This document shows, in pieces, positions 51,212-64,000 of a stretch of 64,000 nucleotides of DNA. The notes under the pieces are model-generated. The model worked only from the letters and a program-made list of their open reading frames with translations, did not search any database and was not told where the DNA came from. This stretch comes from Squalus acanthias (lineage: Eukaryota): the NCBI GenBank assembly GCA_030390025.1, contig CM059449.1, positions 25,792,001 through 25,856,000 on the forward strand. Reading direction: 5' to 3'. The position numbers were made by a program, and so were the translations under genes. The stretch's first letter is position 1; each line of letters begins with the position of its first letter.

Positions 51212-52100
51212 TGCAGAGGACGCAAAGAATCTGCAAAGGGATATAGACAGGCTAGGTGAGTGGGCAAATATTTGGCAGATGGAGTATAATGTGCGAAAGT
51301 GCGAGGTTATCCACTTTGGCAGGAAAAATAAAAAAGCAAACTATTATTTAAATGGAGAGAGATTACAAAATGCTACAGTTCAGAGGGACCTGGGGGTACT
51401 TGTGCATGAAACACAAAAAGTTAGCATGCAGGTACAGCAAGTAATCAAAAAGGCAAATGGAATGTTGGCCTTTATTTCAAGGGGGTTGGAGTATAAAAGC
51501 AGGGAAGTCCTGCTACAACTGTACAAGTTATTGGTGAGACCACACCTTGAATACTGCGTACAGTTTTGGTCTCCTTATTTAAGGAAGGATATACTTGCAT
51601 TGGAGGCAGTTCAGAGACGATTCACTAGGTTAATTCCAGAGATGAGGGGTTTGACTTATGAGGAAAGGTTGAGCAGGCTGGGCCTATAATCATTGGAATT
51701 TAGAAGAATGAGAGGTGATCTTATCGAAACATATAAGATACTGAGGGGGCTCGACAGGGTAGATGCAGAGAGGATGTTTCCCCTCGTGGGGAAATCTAGA
51801 ACTCGGGGGCATAGTCTCAGAATAAAGGGTCGCCCTTTTAGAACTGAGATGAGGAGGAACTTCTTCTCTCAGAGGGTCATAAATTTGTGGAATTCTCTGC
51901 CCCAGAGAGCTGTGGAGGCTGGGTCATTAAATATATTTAAGGTAAGATAGACAGATTTTTGCAAGATAAGGGAGTGAAGGGTTATGGGGAGCGGGCTGGG
52001 AAGTGGCTTTGAGCCCAAGATCAGCCATGATCTTACTGAATGGCGGAGCAGGTTCGAGGGGCCGAGTGGCCTATTCCTGCTCCTATTTCTTATGTTCTTC
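51212..52100 (+). mobile_element. CR1 3' fragment
   Basis: ORFs 51279-51689 and 51693-51950; CR1 tail. Confidence 0.88.
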
Positions 52101-52984
52101 TGTGAACACCCTCTTTCTCAAACCTTTCTCTCTCTCAAGTCCTTTTCTCCCTCAAGCCTCCTCTCTCACTAGCCCTCTCTCTTAACTCCCCTTCACTTTT
52201 AACCCACCTTCTCTTTCTCTTTACCTCCTACTCCTTACCTCCTCTTTGTACCCCTTCTTTTTCTCTAAGTATCTCTCTATCCTCCCCTCCCTTCCTACTC
52301 TTTCACCTCAAATAGGCTTTGTTTGCTTTTAAAACTCAACTTTTAAAAACATAGTACGAGGAAACATAATATTTCTGCCTTTCTATTTTTGTCTTTGTCT
52401 TTCTCTCTATCTCCCTCTGGCTCACAGATGTTAAATATTAGAACTTCTGTCTTATAGATGCAAGTGATTAGTATTGACCATTTCTATCCACAGAACACAA
52501 GTAAGATAATGAGTTGAATATGACTTTGGATGAGCAACCCTGTGGAATTGTTCTCAATGATTCCAGTTGACAATTTACGGACAACTTACAGAGATCAACA
52601 CATTACAGTGTTTAAGCAATAGTTTACAGCGTCAGACAAGACTTATATTATCTGTTCACACTGGACAGAGAAGCGTACGTCGACAGTTGAGTTCCCAGTT
52701 GTCTCTCATTCTGGGTCTTCTGTCTCTGCATCTTTCCATGGCTTGTGCAGCCCCCTTTATATTTTGTTTCTTGGGGGCTTGCGCCCCTGCTAGCCAGACA
52801 GTTCATCCTGTACACACTCTTTTGACCTTAATATCTTAATATCACTTGATCTCGGGCCCAGACAGTCTAACAGTCTTGAAACCACAATGTTCTGCTCCCC
52901 CAATCTCTATAATAGGGATGTGGTTAATGGGTAACGAGGTATAATGCTATCTGGTGCATTGGGATAAGGTCAGCAGATAACAAA

Positions 52985-55900
52985 GTCTAATACAGTTAGT
53001 GAGGAATGAAGTGTAATAGAGTTAGCGAGGAATGAAGTCTAATACAGTTAGTGGGGAATGAAGTCTAATAGTTAGTGAGGAATGAAGTCTAATACAGTTA
53101 GTGAGGAATGAAGTCTAATACAGTTAGTGAGGAATGAAGTCTAATACAGTTAGTGGGGAATGAAGTCTAATACAGTTAGTGAGGAATGAAGTCTAATACA
53201 GTTAGTGAGGAATGAAGTCTAATACAGTTAGTGAGGAATGAAGTCTAATACAGTTAGTGAGGAATGAAGTCTAATAGAGTTAGTGGGGAATGAAGTCTAA
53301 TACAGTTAGTGAGGAATGAAGTCTAATACAGTTAGTGGGGAATGAAGTCTAATACAGTTAGTGAGGAATGAAGTCTATTACAGTTAGTGAGGAATGAAGT
53401 CTAATACAGTTAGTGAGGAATGAAGTCTAATACAGTTAGTGAGGAATGAAGTCTAATACAGTTAGTGAGGAATGAAGTCTAATACAGTTAGTGAGGAATG
53501 AAGTCTAATACAGTTAGTGAGGAATGAAGTCTACTACAGTTAGTGAGGAATGAAGTCTAATACAGTTAGTGAGGAATGAAGTCTAATACAGTTAGTGGGG
53601 AATGAAGTCTAATACAGTTAGTGGGGAATGAAGTCTAATACAGTTAGTGGGGAATGAAGTCTAATACAGTTAGTGGGGAATGAAGTCTAATACAGTTAGT
53701 GAGGAATGAAGTCTAATACAGTTAGTGAGGAATGAAGTCTAATACAGTTAGTGAGGAATGAAGTCTAATACAGTTAGTGGGGAATGAAGTCTAATACAGT
53801 TAGTGAGGAATGAAGTCTAATACAGTTAGTGAGGAATGAAGTCTAATACAGTTAGTGAGGAATGAAGTCTAATACAGTTAGTGAGGAATGAAGTCTAATA
53901 CAGTTAGTGAGGAATGAAGTCTAATACAGTTAGTGGGGAATGAAGTCTAATACAGTTAGTGGGGAATGAAGTCTAATACAGTTAGTGAGGAATGAAGTCT
54001 AATACAGTTAGTGAGGAATGAAGTCTAATACAGTTAGTGAGGAATGAAGTCTAATACAGTTAGTGGGGAATGAAGTCTAATACAGTTAGTGAGGAATGAA
54101 GTCTAATACAGTTAGTGAGGAATGAAGTCTAATACAGTTAGTGAGGAATGAAGTCTAATACAGTTAGTGGGGAATGAAGTCTAATACAGTTAGTGGGGAA
54201 TGAAGTCTAATACAGTTAGTGAGGAATGAAGTCTAATACAGTTAGTGAGGAATGAAGTCTAATACAGTTAGTGAGGAATGAAGTCTAATACAGTTAGTGA
54301 GGAATGAAGTCTAATACAGTTAGTGAGGAATGAAGTCTAATACAGTTAGTGAGGAATGAAGTCTAATACAGTTAGTGAGGAATGAAGTCTAATACAGTTA
54401 GTGAGGAATGAAGTCTAATACAGTTAGTGGGGAATGAAGTCTAATACAGTTAGTGAGGAATGAAGTCTAATACAGTTAGTGAGGAATGAAGTCTAATAGA
54501 GTTATTGGGGAATGAAGTCTAATACAGTTAGTGAGCAATGAAGTCTAATACAGTTAGTGAGGAATGAAGTCTAATAGAGTTAGCGGTGAATGAAGTCTAA
54601 TACAGTTAGTGAGGAATGAAGTCTAATACAGTTAGTGAGGAATGAAGTCTAATACAGTTAGTGAGGAATGAAGTCTAATAGAGTTAGTGGGGAATGAAGT
54701 CTAATACAGTTAGTGAGGAATGAAGTCTAATACAGTTAGTGAGGAATGAAGTCTAATACAGTTAGTGAGGAATGAAGTCTAATACAGTTAGTGAGGAATG
54801 AAGTCTAATACAGTTAGTGGGGAATGAAGTCTAATACAGTTAGTGAGGAATGAAGTCTAATACAGTTAGTGAGGAATGAAGTCTAATACAGTTAGTGGGG
54901 AATGAAGTCTAATACAGTTAGTGAGGAATGAAGTCTAATACAGTTAGTGAGGAATGAAGTCTAATACAGTTTGTGGGGAATGAAGTCTAATACAGTTAGT
55001 GAGGAATGAAGTCTAATACAGTTAGTGAGGAATGAAGTCTAATACAGTTAGTGGGGAATGAAGTCTAATACAGTTAGTGGGGAATGAAGTCTAATACAGT
55101 TAGTGGGGAATGAAGTCTAATGGGCCGAAAATTGATCCCGGGACGCGAGAGTACGCACTGCGTACTCTCGCTTATTCCCACTCCAATTGCCGGTTTTCTG
55201 CATGCCCTGCGCATGCGCTGAAAACCTGCAATTGCTCTTCTGAAAAGAGGGCGGGTCCTCGGTGCATCGCGTGCGCGCTACAGGCTGCGCGCACGCTGTG
55301 CATTTCATGCTTTGGACGCGCAGGTAAGTACTGAAGATTTTGGAAATGTAAAAAGGAGGAGTAAGACCCACTTTTAAGAATGTAAGTAGTGAATTAAGTA
55401 TTTTTTTGAAATTTTTAACAGGTATATCTTTTTTAGAGACTTTAAAGACAGGTAAGTTTATTTTTATAACTTTTTAAAAGATTTTAAATTTTTTCAAAAA
55501 TTTTATTTTTTATTTAAAATGGTTAATTTAATTAACTATACTTATTTTATTAATGTGATGGTTTTTTTAAAAATTTAATTGAGGTTTAGCTGTTATTTTG
55601 GGGGGGTGTAAGATTCATAGATTTCACAGCAGGTCTGTGAAACTTATGAATGGAAGATGGTGTGCTGCCATTGGCTCTAACAGAGTCACGTGATCCCACA
55701 GCTCGCACGAATTCACTACGCCGGTGGGATACGCAAGCACTGCACAGCAGCTGTCCAGAACATCAAGTTCGTGCGAGCTGGATCTGAAAAAGCACAAGCG
55801 AGGTGAGACATCGCGGGGAAGGCTGACCCCCGCGGGAACAGAGCGAGATCAATTTCTGGGCCTAATACAGTTAGTGAGGAATGAAGTCTAATACAGTTAG

Positions 55901-58064
55901 TGGGGAATGAAGTCTAATACAGTTAGTGAGGAATGAAGTCTAATACAGTTAGTGAGGAATGAAGTCTATTACAGTTAGTGAGGAATGAAGTCTAATACAG
56001 TTAGTGGGGAATGAAGTCTAATACAGTTAGTGAGGAATGAAGTCTAATACAGTTAGTGAGGAATGAAGTCTAATACAGTTAGTGGGAATGAAGTCTAATA
56101 CAGTTAGTGAGGAATGAAGTCTAATACAGTTAGTGAGGAATGAAGTCTAATACAGTTAGTGAGAATGAAGTCTAATACAGTTAGTGAGGAATGAAGTCTA
56201 ATACAGTTAGTGAGGAATGAAGTCTAATACAGTTAGTGAGGAATGAAGTCTAATACAGTTAGTGAGGAATGAAGTCTAATACAGTTAGTGAGGAATGAAG
56301 TCTAATACAGTTAGTGGGAATGAAGTCTAATACAGTTAGTGAGGAATGAAGTCTAATACAGTTAGTGAGGAATGAAGTCTAATACAGTTAGTGAGGAATG
56401 AAGTCTAATACAGTTAGTGAGGAATGAAGTCTAATACAGTTAGTGAGGAATGAAGTCTAATACAGTTAGTGAGGAATGAAGTCTAATACAGTTAGTGGGG
56501 AATGAAGTCTAATACAGTTAGTGAGGAATGAAGTCTAATACAGTTAGTGAGGAATGAAGTCTAATACAGTTAGTGAGGAATGAAGTCTAATACAGTTAGT
56601 GAGGAATGAAGTCTAATACAGTTAGTGGGGAATGAAGTCTAATACAGTTAGTGAGGAATGAAGTCTAATACAGTTAGTGAGGAATGAAGACTAATACAGT
56701 TAGTGGGGAATGAAGTCTAATACAGTTAGTGAGGAATGAAGTCTAATACAGTTAGTGGGGAATGAAGTCTAATACAGTTAGTGAGGAATGAAGTCTAATA
56801 CAGTTAGTGAGGAATGAAGTCTAATACAGTTAGTGAGGAATGAAGTTAATATAGTTAGTGGGGAATGAAGTCTAATACAGTTAGTGGGGAATGAAGTCTA
56901 ATACAGTTAGTGGGGAATGAAGTTAATATAGTTAGTGGGGAATGAAGTCTAATACAGTTAGTGAGGAATGAAGTCTAATACAGTTAGTGAGGAATGAAGT
57001 CTAATACAGTTAGTGGGGAATGAAGTCTAATACAGTTGGTGGGGAATGAAGTCTAATACAGTTAGTGAGGAATGAAGTCTAATACAGTTAGTGAGGAATG
57101 AAGTCTAATACAGTTAGTGGGGAATGAAGTCTAATACAGTTAGTGGGGAATGAAGTCTAATACAGTTAGTGGGGAATGAAGTCTAATATAGTTAGTGGGG
57201 AATGAAGTCTAATACAGTTAGTGAGGAATGAAGTCTAATACAGTTAGTGAGGAATGAAGTCTAATACAGTTAGTGGGGAATGAAGTCTAATACAGTTAGT
57301 GAGGAATGAAGTCTAATACAGTTAGTGAGGAATGAAGTCTAATACAGTTAGTGGGGAATGAAGTCTAATACAGTTAGTGGGGAATGAAGTCTAATACAGT
57401 TAGTGGGGAATGAAGTCTAATACAGTTAGTGAGGAATGAAGTCTAATACAGTTAGTGAGGAATGAAGTCTAATACAGTTAGTGAGGAATGAAGTCTAATA
57501 CAGTTAGTGAGGAATGAAGTCTAATACAGTTAGTGGGGAATGAAGTCTAATACAGTTAGTGGGGAATGAAGTTAATATAGTTAGTGGGGAATGAAGTCTA
57601 ATACAGTTAGTGAGGAATGAAGTCTAATACAGTTAGTGAGGAATGAAGTCTAATACAGTTAGTGAGGAATGAAGACTAATACAGTTAGTGGGGAATGAAG
57701 TCTAATACAGTTAGTGAGGAATGAAGTCTAATACAGTTAGTGGGGAATGAAGTCTAATACAGTTAGTGAGGAATGAAGTCTAATACAGTTAGTGAGGAAT
57801 GAAGTCTAATACAGTTAGTGAGGAATGAAGTTAATATAGTTAGTGGGGAATGAAGTCTAATACAGTTAGTGGGGAATGAAGTCTAATAGAGTTAGTGGGG
57901 AATGAAGTTAATATAGTTAGTGGGGAATGAAGTCTAATACAGTTAGTGAGGAATGAAGTCTAATACAGTTAGTGAGGAATGAAGTCTAATACAGTTAGTG
58001 GGGAATGAAGTCTAATACAGTTAGTGGGGAATGAAGTCTAATACAGTTAGTGAGGAATGAAGTC
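52985..58064. repeat. 26-bp tandem satellite AATACAGTTAGTG(A/G)GGAATGAAGTCT
   Basis: Two blocks, 52985-55121 and 55863-58064, of highly homogeneous units. Confidence 0.97.
55122..55862. mobile_element. MITE inserted in the satellite
   Basis: TIRs GGGCCGAAAATTGATC / GATCAATTTCTGGGCC; TAA(T) duplicated at the insertion point. Confidence 0.82.
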
Positions 58065-58065
58065 T

Positions 58066-58700
58066 TTGTACCTTTGACCAGTTTCTGTATTGGTTCCGCT
58101 AGGGTGGTATATTGGGGTATAAAGTTCCGACTGTAATTAAATAATCCCAGCACCTTTCGTACCCCTCTTACATTTACAGGCCTTGGCATGTCCCTAATGG
58201 CCTGTCTTCGCTCCTCCGTCATTTCTTTCTGTCCCCTACTTATCCAGTGCCCCAAATATTGTACTCGTTTTCGGGCTATCTGGGCTTTCCGGGGTGAGGC
58301 TTTAAACCCTGTCTTTCTCAGGGCTCCCAACACCTTAGTTAGGGCTCGTAAATGGCTTTCCATGTTTGGGGATGCTATTAACAGGTCATCTACATATTGG
58401 GTGATGGTACTTTCTTCTGGTTTCAAGTCCAGCTTTTCCATGGCTTCTGCCATTGCTTGGTGAAAAATTGCCGGGCTGTTGTGGAATCCCTGAGGTAACC
58501 AGGTCCACGTATATTGTTGATTTCCTACTGTGAATGCAAATTTGTCCTGGGACTCTTGGTCCAAGGGCAAACTCCAGAACTCATTTGCTATATCTAACAC
58601 CGTAAACACTTCGGCCTTAGGGTCTAGGTCATGTAGGATGGTGGACGGGTTCGCCACTATCGGATATTGTCGCGGAGTTATCTTATTCAATGCGGTCTAC
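58066..58700 (-). mobile_element. pol: Endogenous retrovirus pol fragment (reverse transcriptase)
   Basis: VLDIANEFWSLPL, FAFT, YTWTWLPQGFHNSPAIF, YVDDLLI, KAQI..VQYLGH retroviral RT motifs. Confidence 0.88.
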
Positions 58701-59249
58701 ACAAATTTACACCAACCAGAATTTCACCGTGGCCACAATAAAAGTCTGGTTTTAATAGGTTAATTAACCTCAATAACTCCAATTTAATCCAGATCAATTT
58801 TTTTTAACTAACCAGTATCACTTGGAAAAGAAAGAAACCATAGCTACATTAACAAAGAAACAATTACCCATGCCTTGTAAACATTGAAATTCATTTTCTT
58901 CCAGGCACATTGGCAACTGTGACTTCAAGGCTGAAGCTTATCTTTTGTAAAACAATTAACAAACTTAAAACAACACACACTTGTCCATCCTTCAAGACAA
59001 GTCTTCAAAGGGTTAAACAGCTTTTAGCTCTCTGTACAAAAGAGTGGGTGGAGCTAAAACAAAAATGACAGACACTTTTTTAAAGACAGACTTTCAGACA
59101 AAAGTAATATTGTAACTTCTTAAACATTCGCAGTCAGGAAAACTTTCACCCTTTAAACACACTTTCACACAAACTGAGATCCCAGCATTCCTTTTAAGAT
59201 TCCTTTCACTCAGCAAATCTTGTGTTTTATTTGTCTCGGCACAGACATT

Positions 59250-59850
59250 AATAACTTCCATGTCGGTAAAACTTTAAATTTCTCTTTTTTTTACATCGGC
59301 GTCTCAGCAACTTTTCCTGGCTTTCCAAATCCCTGTTTTTTCCCTTCCTTTGCTGAGTTTTCAGATTGGTTAGCCTGCAAATTAGATCTTTTTCCTTCTT
59401 TATCTCTCTCTCCCTCTCTCTCCTGCACTTTATGCTTAACCACATGGTTATGTTTCTCTCTTAACCCATTGTGGGTTTTTTTTGAGACAGACTTCCCGGA
59501 ATAAAGTTTATCACTTTTTCAAAGGGGACATTTACCTTTCTTCTCGCAATACTTCTGTCCTGTTTCTACACAAACCACTATTGCTTCATCCTCCTTACTC
59601 CCTTTCTGTTGCATCCACCAATTGTTTTTCCATTTCGGTTTGTTTCCTGACTCATATCCTTTCTTAATCATCTTCCCCTTAACCTTTTCATATTTGTCTC
59701 GTATAAACTCGTACGGGAGTTTAGATCTTTTGGCATCCTTTTTGTTCACCATTCTTTCAGGATGGATTTGCTCGTTCCCTTGTTTATTACCTCCGGGACT
59801 TTCCCGGACCTTCAGGGACCTTTCCTGCTTATGCGGTTTTATCTCAGCCT
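59250..59850 (-). mobile_element. Probable ERV gag N-terminal remnant
   Basis: Basic, Trp-containing ORF pieces (59519-59752, 59248-59445) between PBS and RT; called mainly by position. Confidence 0.4.
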
Positions 59851-60046
59851 AGATTGGATTTTCCCTATATCCAATCCTATATAACCCGAGCTCCTCAACT
59901 TATTCAGACATTTTCATTTTTACAATGTCCTCACGCGCACCAAAGTTGTTTTACTCATGTATCCGGACTCCGCCTCAGGTTCGTTGAATCCCCGGCCTTG
60001 GGCTTCGATGCGAGGAGACAATGTCTCTACTCAGCCCGTCCGGTAG

Positions 60047-60064
60047 ATCTTGCCGACTACGCCA
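60047..60064 (-). promoter_or_regulatory. Primer-binding site, tRNA-Ser
   Basis: TGGCGTAGTCGGCAAGAT, 17/18 complementary to the vertebrate tRNA-Ser 3' end ATCCTGCCGACTACGCCA; 3 nt after ...TTACA. Confidence 0.85.
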
Positions 60065-60067
60065 AGT

Positions 60068-60564
60068 TGTAAGGGTAAACTGGGAGAGCTTCTTCTCCCT
60101 GAGACGGACCCTCTGATATAAAGGGTCGACGTCCGCCTTATTCCCAATCAATCGCTCTGAGTCCGGAGTTTCGTTCAGTAAATCAACTTTATTACAAGTT
60201 GACAGGGGAGACACTCATGCAGGGACGAATGCTCTCTGATTGCTGAAAATCTTTTACTTTATCTGCAGTTTTGTTCTGAGTCGTGGCTATTGTCCCACAA
60301 TTATTTACATTTCATATATACATTTCTTGCATCCCCCAGGTTGTTTCGGGTGCAAATAGCCGGTTTCGGGTACAAAATAGTTGGTTTCGGTTGCAAAATC
60401 TTGCAGTTCGTGTGCACATTAGTCTTGCAACTCCAAGGTTAAATTCAAGTAGATCCAATTAAAACTGCTTTGAAAGATTTCACCACAGCAACCGCGACTC
60501 CAAGGTTATTTCTAATATTTTACTCAATTAGTGATTTGTAGTGTGTAGTCTTGACCACGTTACA
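60068..60564 (-). mobile_element. ERV LTR (~500 bp)
   Basis: TGTAA...TTACA termini, AATAAA near 60190, PBS immediately 3', polypurine tract AAAAGGGGGAAG (60570-60581) immediately 5'. Confidence 0.75.
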
Positions 60565-61255
60565 TCATACTTCCCCCTTTTAAACTTGTTCATAACCACT
60601 CTTTATATGGTTGGATATATGTTTGGTTCCTTAATTTCCTCATTTTAGCTCTTTTAACCCTTTCATTATCCATGTGACTAATGACGTTTAATACATTGGA
60701 TGACACCAGGTGTCGTTCTCTGTATATTATTGGGTACCTTTCTCCCACCAAGTTAAACAACCTGTATTTAATAATAGTCAGTGTATGGAGGCGTCTGCTT
60801 CTGAGGGACATCACCTGACCTCGGCTCTCTTCTGATCGGCTTACCAGGCCACTGGTGGGGCCCACGTGCACCCTTATGGAGGTTGATACACTTCCCTCAC
60901 TCGGTGTACCAGCCACCATGACTACATCATGTCCCCTTCCATGGCCAAGGACTTGGAACTCCCAGCTTAGGGAGACCTCACCTTTGGCTCTTCCTCAGGT
61001 CCATCATTTGCCTTGTAAGGGGCAGGTCAAAGTTCAACATCTCACAACTCACCGACACATTTTCTGAGGGTGTTCCACTGGTCGCCTGCTCCCAAGGAGA
61101 CCAGGGGAACCCCCAAGGATGTTTAAGGCCTATATCAGCACAGCCAGCCATTTCGTTAAGCCAACTGAAGTCATCCTCTGCTATTTGGAGCTGAATTTTC
61201 CCCAAGTATCACTCCTTTCATGTGTGAATGGAGTTGCGGGTGGAAATATTTAGGT

Positions 61256-63738
61256 GTCATAGAGTTATACAGCACAGAAAGAGGCCCTTCGGCCCATCGT
61301 GTCCACGCCGGCCATCAAGCCCTGTCTATTCTAAGCCCATTTTCCAGCACTTGGTCCGTAGCCTTGTAGGCTATGGCGTTTCAAGTGCTCATCTAAATGC
61401 TTCTTGAATGTTGTGAGGGTTTTTGCCTCTACCACCCTTTCAGGCAGTGAGTTCCAGATTCCAACCACCCTCTGGGTGAAAAAGTTTTTCCTCAAATTCC
61501 CTCTAAACCTCCTGCCCCTTACCTTGAAACTATGCCCCCTGGTTATTGACCCCTCTACTAAGGGGAAAAGTTCCTTTCTATCTACCCTATCTATGCCCCT
61601 CATAATTTTGTACACCTCAATCAGGTCCCCCCTCAGCCTTCTCTGCTCTAAGGAAAACAACCCCAGCCTGTCCAGTCTCTCTTCATAGCTGAAGCGCTCC
61701 AGCCCAGGTAACATCCTGGTGAATCTCCTCTGCACCCCCTCCAATGCAATCACATCCTTCCTATAGTGTGGCGACCAGAACTGCACACAGTATTCCAGCT
61801 GTGGCCTAACTAGCGTTTTGTACAGCTCCATCATAACCTCCCTGCTCTTATATTCTATGCCTCGGCTAATGAAGGCAAGTATCCCATGTGCCCTTTTTAA
61901 CCACCTTATCTACCTGTCTTGCTGCCTTCAGGGATCTATGTACATGCACACCAAGGTCCCTCTGATCCTCTGTCCATTCTAGGGTCCTACCATTCATTGT
62001 GTATTCCCTTGCCTTCTTAGTCCTCCCAAAATGCATCACCTCACACTTTTCAGGTTTAATTTCATTTTGCCACTGTTCTGCCCATCTAACCAACCCGTCT
62101 ATATTGTCCTGTAGCCTGAGGCTTCCCTCCTCGCTATTTACCACTCCACCAATTTTCGTGTCATCTGCGAACTTACTGATCATACCTCCTACATTCATAT
62201 CTAAATCATTAATGTACACTACAAACAGCAAAGGGCCCTGCACCGATCCCTGCGGTACACCACTGGACACAGGCTTCCAGTCACAAAAACAACCTTCGAC
62301 CGTCACCCTCTGCCTCCTGCCACTAAGCCAATTTTGGATCCAATGTGCCAAATTGCCCTGGATCCCATGGGCTCTCACCTTCTTGACCAGTCTCCCATGC
62401 GGGACTTTGTCAAAAGCCTTACTGAAGTCCATGTAGACTACATCAACTGCACTACCCTCATCCACACACCTAGTCACCACCTCTCAAAATCCAATCAAAT
62501 TGGTTAAACATGATCTCCCTTGACAAAGCCATGCTGACTATCCTTGATTAATCCTTGCCTCTCCAAGTGGAGACTAATTCTGTCCCTCAGAATTTTTTCC
62601 AATAATTTCCCTACCACTGATGTTAGGCTCACTGGCCTGCAATTCCCTGGTTTATCCCTACTACCCTTCTTGAATAATGGTACTACGTTAGCTGTTCTCC
62701 AGTCCTCTGGCACCTCCCCTGTGGCCAGAGAGGTTCTGAAAATTTGTGTCAGAGCCCCTGCAATCTCCTCCCTTGCCTCACACAGCAGCCTGGGATACAT
62801 CTCTTCTGGGCCTGGGGATTTATCCACTTTTAAGCCCACAAAAACCGCCAGTACCTCCTCCCCCTCAATACTAATTTGTTCAAGTATATCACAATCCCGC
62901 TGCCTGATTTCTATGCTGACATCGTCCTTCTCCATAGTGAACACAGATGCAAAATATTCATTTAAAACCTCACCTACATCTTCCGGCTCTACACACAGAT
63001 TGCCACTTTGGTCCCTAATGGGCCCTACTCTTTCCCTGGTTATCCTCTTGCCCTTAATATACTTCTCAAACAGCTTGGGATTTTCCTTTTTTTTGCCTGC
63101 CAGTGTTTTTTCATGCCCCCTCTTCGCTCTCCTAATTTCTTTTTTAAGTATCCCCCTGCACTTTCTATACTCCTCTAGGGCTTCCACTGTTTTTAGTCCT
63201 TTGTATCTGCCAAAAGCCTCCCTTTTTATCCGAATCCATTCTTGTATATCCCTTGACATCCAGGGTTCCCTGGGCTTGGTCCCACCCTTGACCTGTACGG
63301 GAACATGTTGGCGTTGTACTCTCTCTATTTCCTTTCTGAAAGACTCCCACTGCTCTGACCAGTTACTGATCCCAGTCCACTTTGGCCAGATCCTGCCTTA
63401 TCCTATTAAAATCAGCCTTCCCCAATTTAGAACCTTTATTTCCGGTCCATCTTTGTCCTTTTCTATGACTACCTTAAATCTCACCGAATTATGGTCACTG
63501 TCACCAAAATGCTCTCCGACTGCCACTTCTACCACTTGCCTGGCTACATTCCCTAGAATTAGGTCCTGTACCGCCCCCTCTCTTGTAGGACTTCCTACAT
63601 GCTGGCTCAAAAAGCTCTCCTGGATGCACTTTAAGAATTCCGGACCCTCTAAGCCTTTCACACTCTGACTATCCCAGTTAATATTGGGGAAGTTGAAATC
63701 CCCTACCCTATTAGCCTATTATTTCTACACTTCTCTGA
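61256..63738 (-). mobile_element. CR1 LINE ORF2 fragment with 3' tail
   Basis: ORFs 63398-63661, 62504-63259, 61866-62480 and 61331-61834 with SDHN, GVPQGSV, FADDTK. Confidence 0.92.
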
Positions 63739-63739
63739 G

Positions 63740-63975
63740 GTGTCAGCCAAGGCATCTCGTCCCTGGTTAGAATGTTGTGGGTTCAAGTCCAAACCCAGAG
63801 TCCTGAGCGCAAAAATCCAGGCTGACACTCCAGTTAAGAACTGAGAGAGTGCTGCACTGTCGGAGATGCCGTCCTTCGGATGAGACTTTACAACTTCTCA
63901 GGTGGAGGTAAATGATCCCATGGCACTAGTTCGAAGAAGAGCAAGGAGCTCTGCCTGTTGTCCTGGCGGAGATCT
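63740..63975 (+). mobile_element. Decayed Deu-domain-like SINE
   Basis: B box GGTTCAAGTCC and GTGCTGCACTGTCGGAGATGCCGTCCTTCGGATGAGAC. Confidence 0.5.
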
Positions 63976-64000
63976 CGGAGGGTTGTAGGGCTGGAGGAGA

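Noticed and set aside
52680-52765. TATAAA plus Kozak ATG (MERCRDRRPR...) on the minus strand as first exon
   Set aside because: Not hydrophobic, and true leader exons lie inside the cassettes; may be LTR-like debris
52985-58064. CRISPR-like regular repeat
   Set aside because: Head-to-tail 26-bp units with no unique spacers, no cas genes, vertebrate context
62544-63668. 374-aa plus-strand ORF and other ORFs antisense to CR1
   Set aside because: Antisense shadows of CR1 ORF2

Overview
Eukaryotic, repeat-rich vertebrate DNA, most likely from a cartilaginous fish (HE1/V-SINE-type SINEs, shark-type CR1 LINEs). Most of it is transposon-derived: many CR1 and L2-like LINE fragments, SINEs, PIF/Harbinger-like MITEs, a 26-bp satellite, and a deleted endogenous retrovirus with a PPT-LTR-PBS(Ser) junction. 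Between the repeats, on the minus strand, is an immunoglobulin-superfamily locus that the ORF track only partly shows. Four tandem cassettes each carry a GC-box-rich 39-bp array, a 67-nt signal-peptide exon and a 306-nt CD2/SLAM/CEACAM-type cysteine-poor IgV exon. They lie upstream of one shared downstream region: a broken IgC2 exon and at least three phase-1 hydrophobic exons that imply a multi-pass membrane anchor. Three cassettes look intact; cassette 2 has a frameshifted leader. Exon calls were read by eye from splice signals and translation, with no expression evidence.
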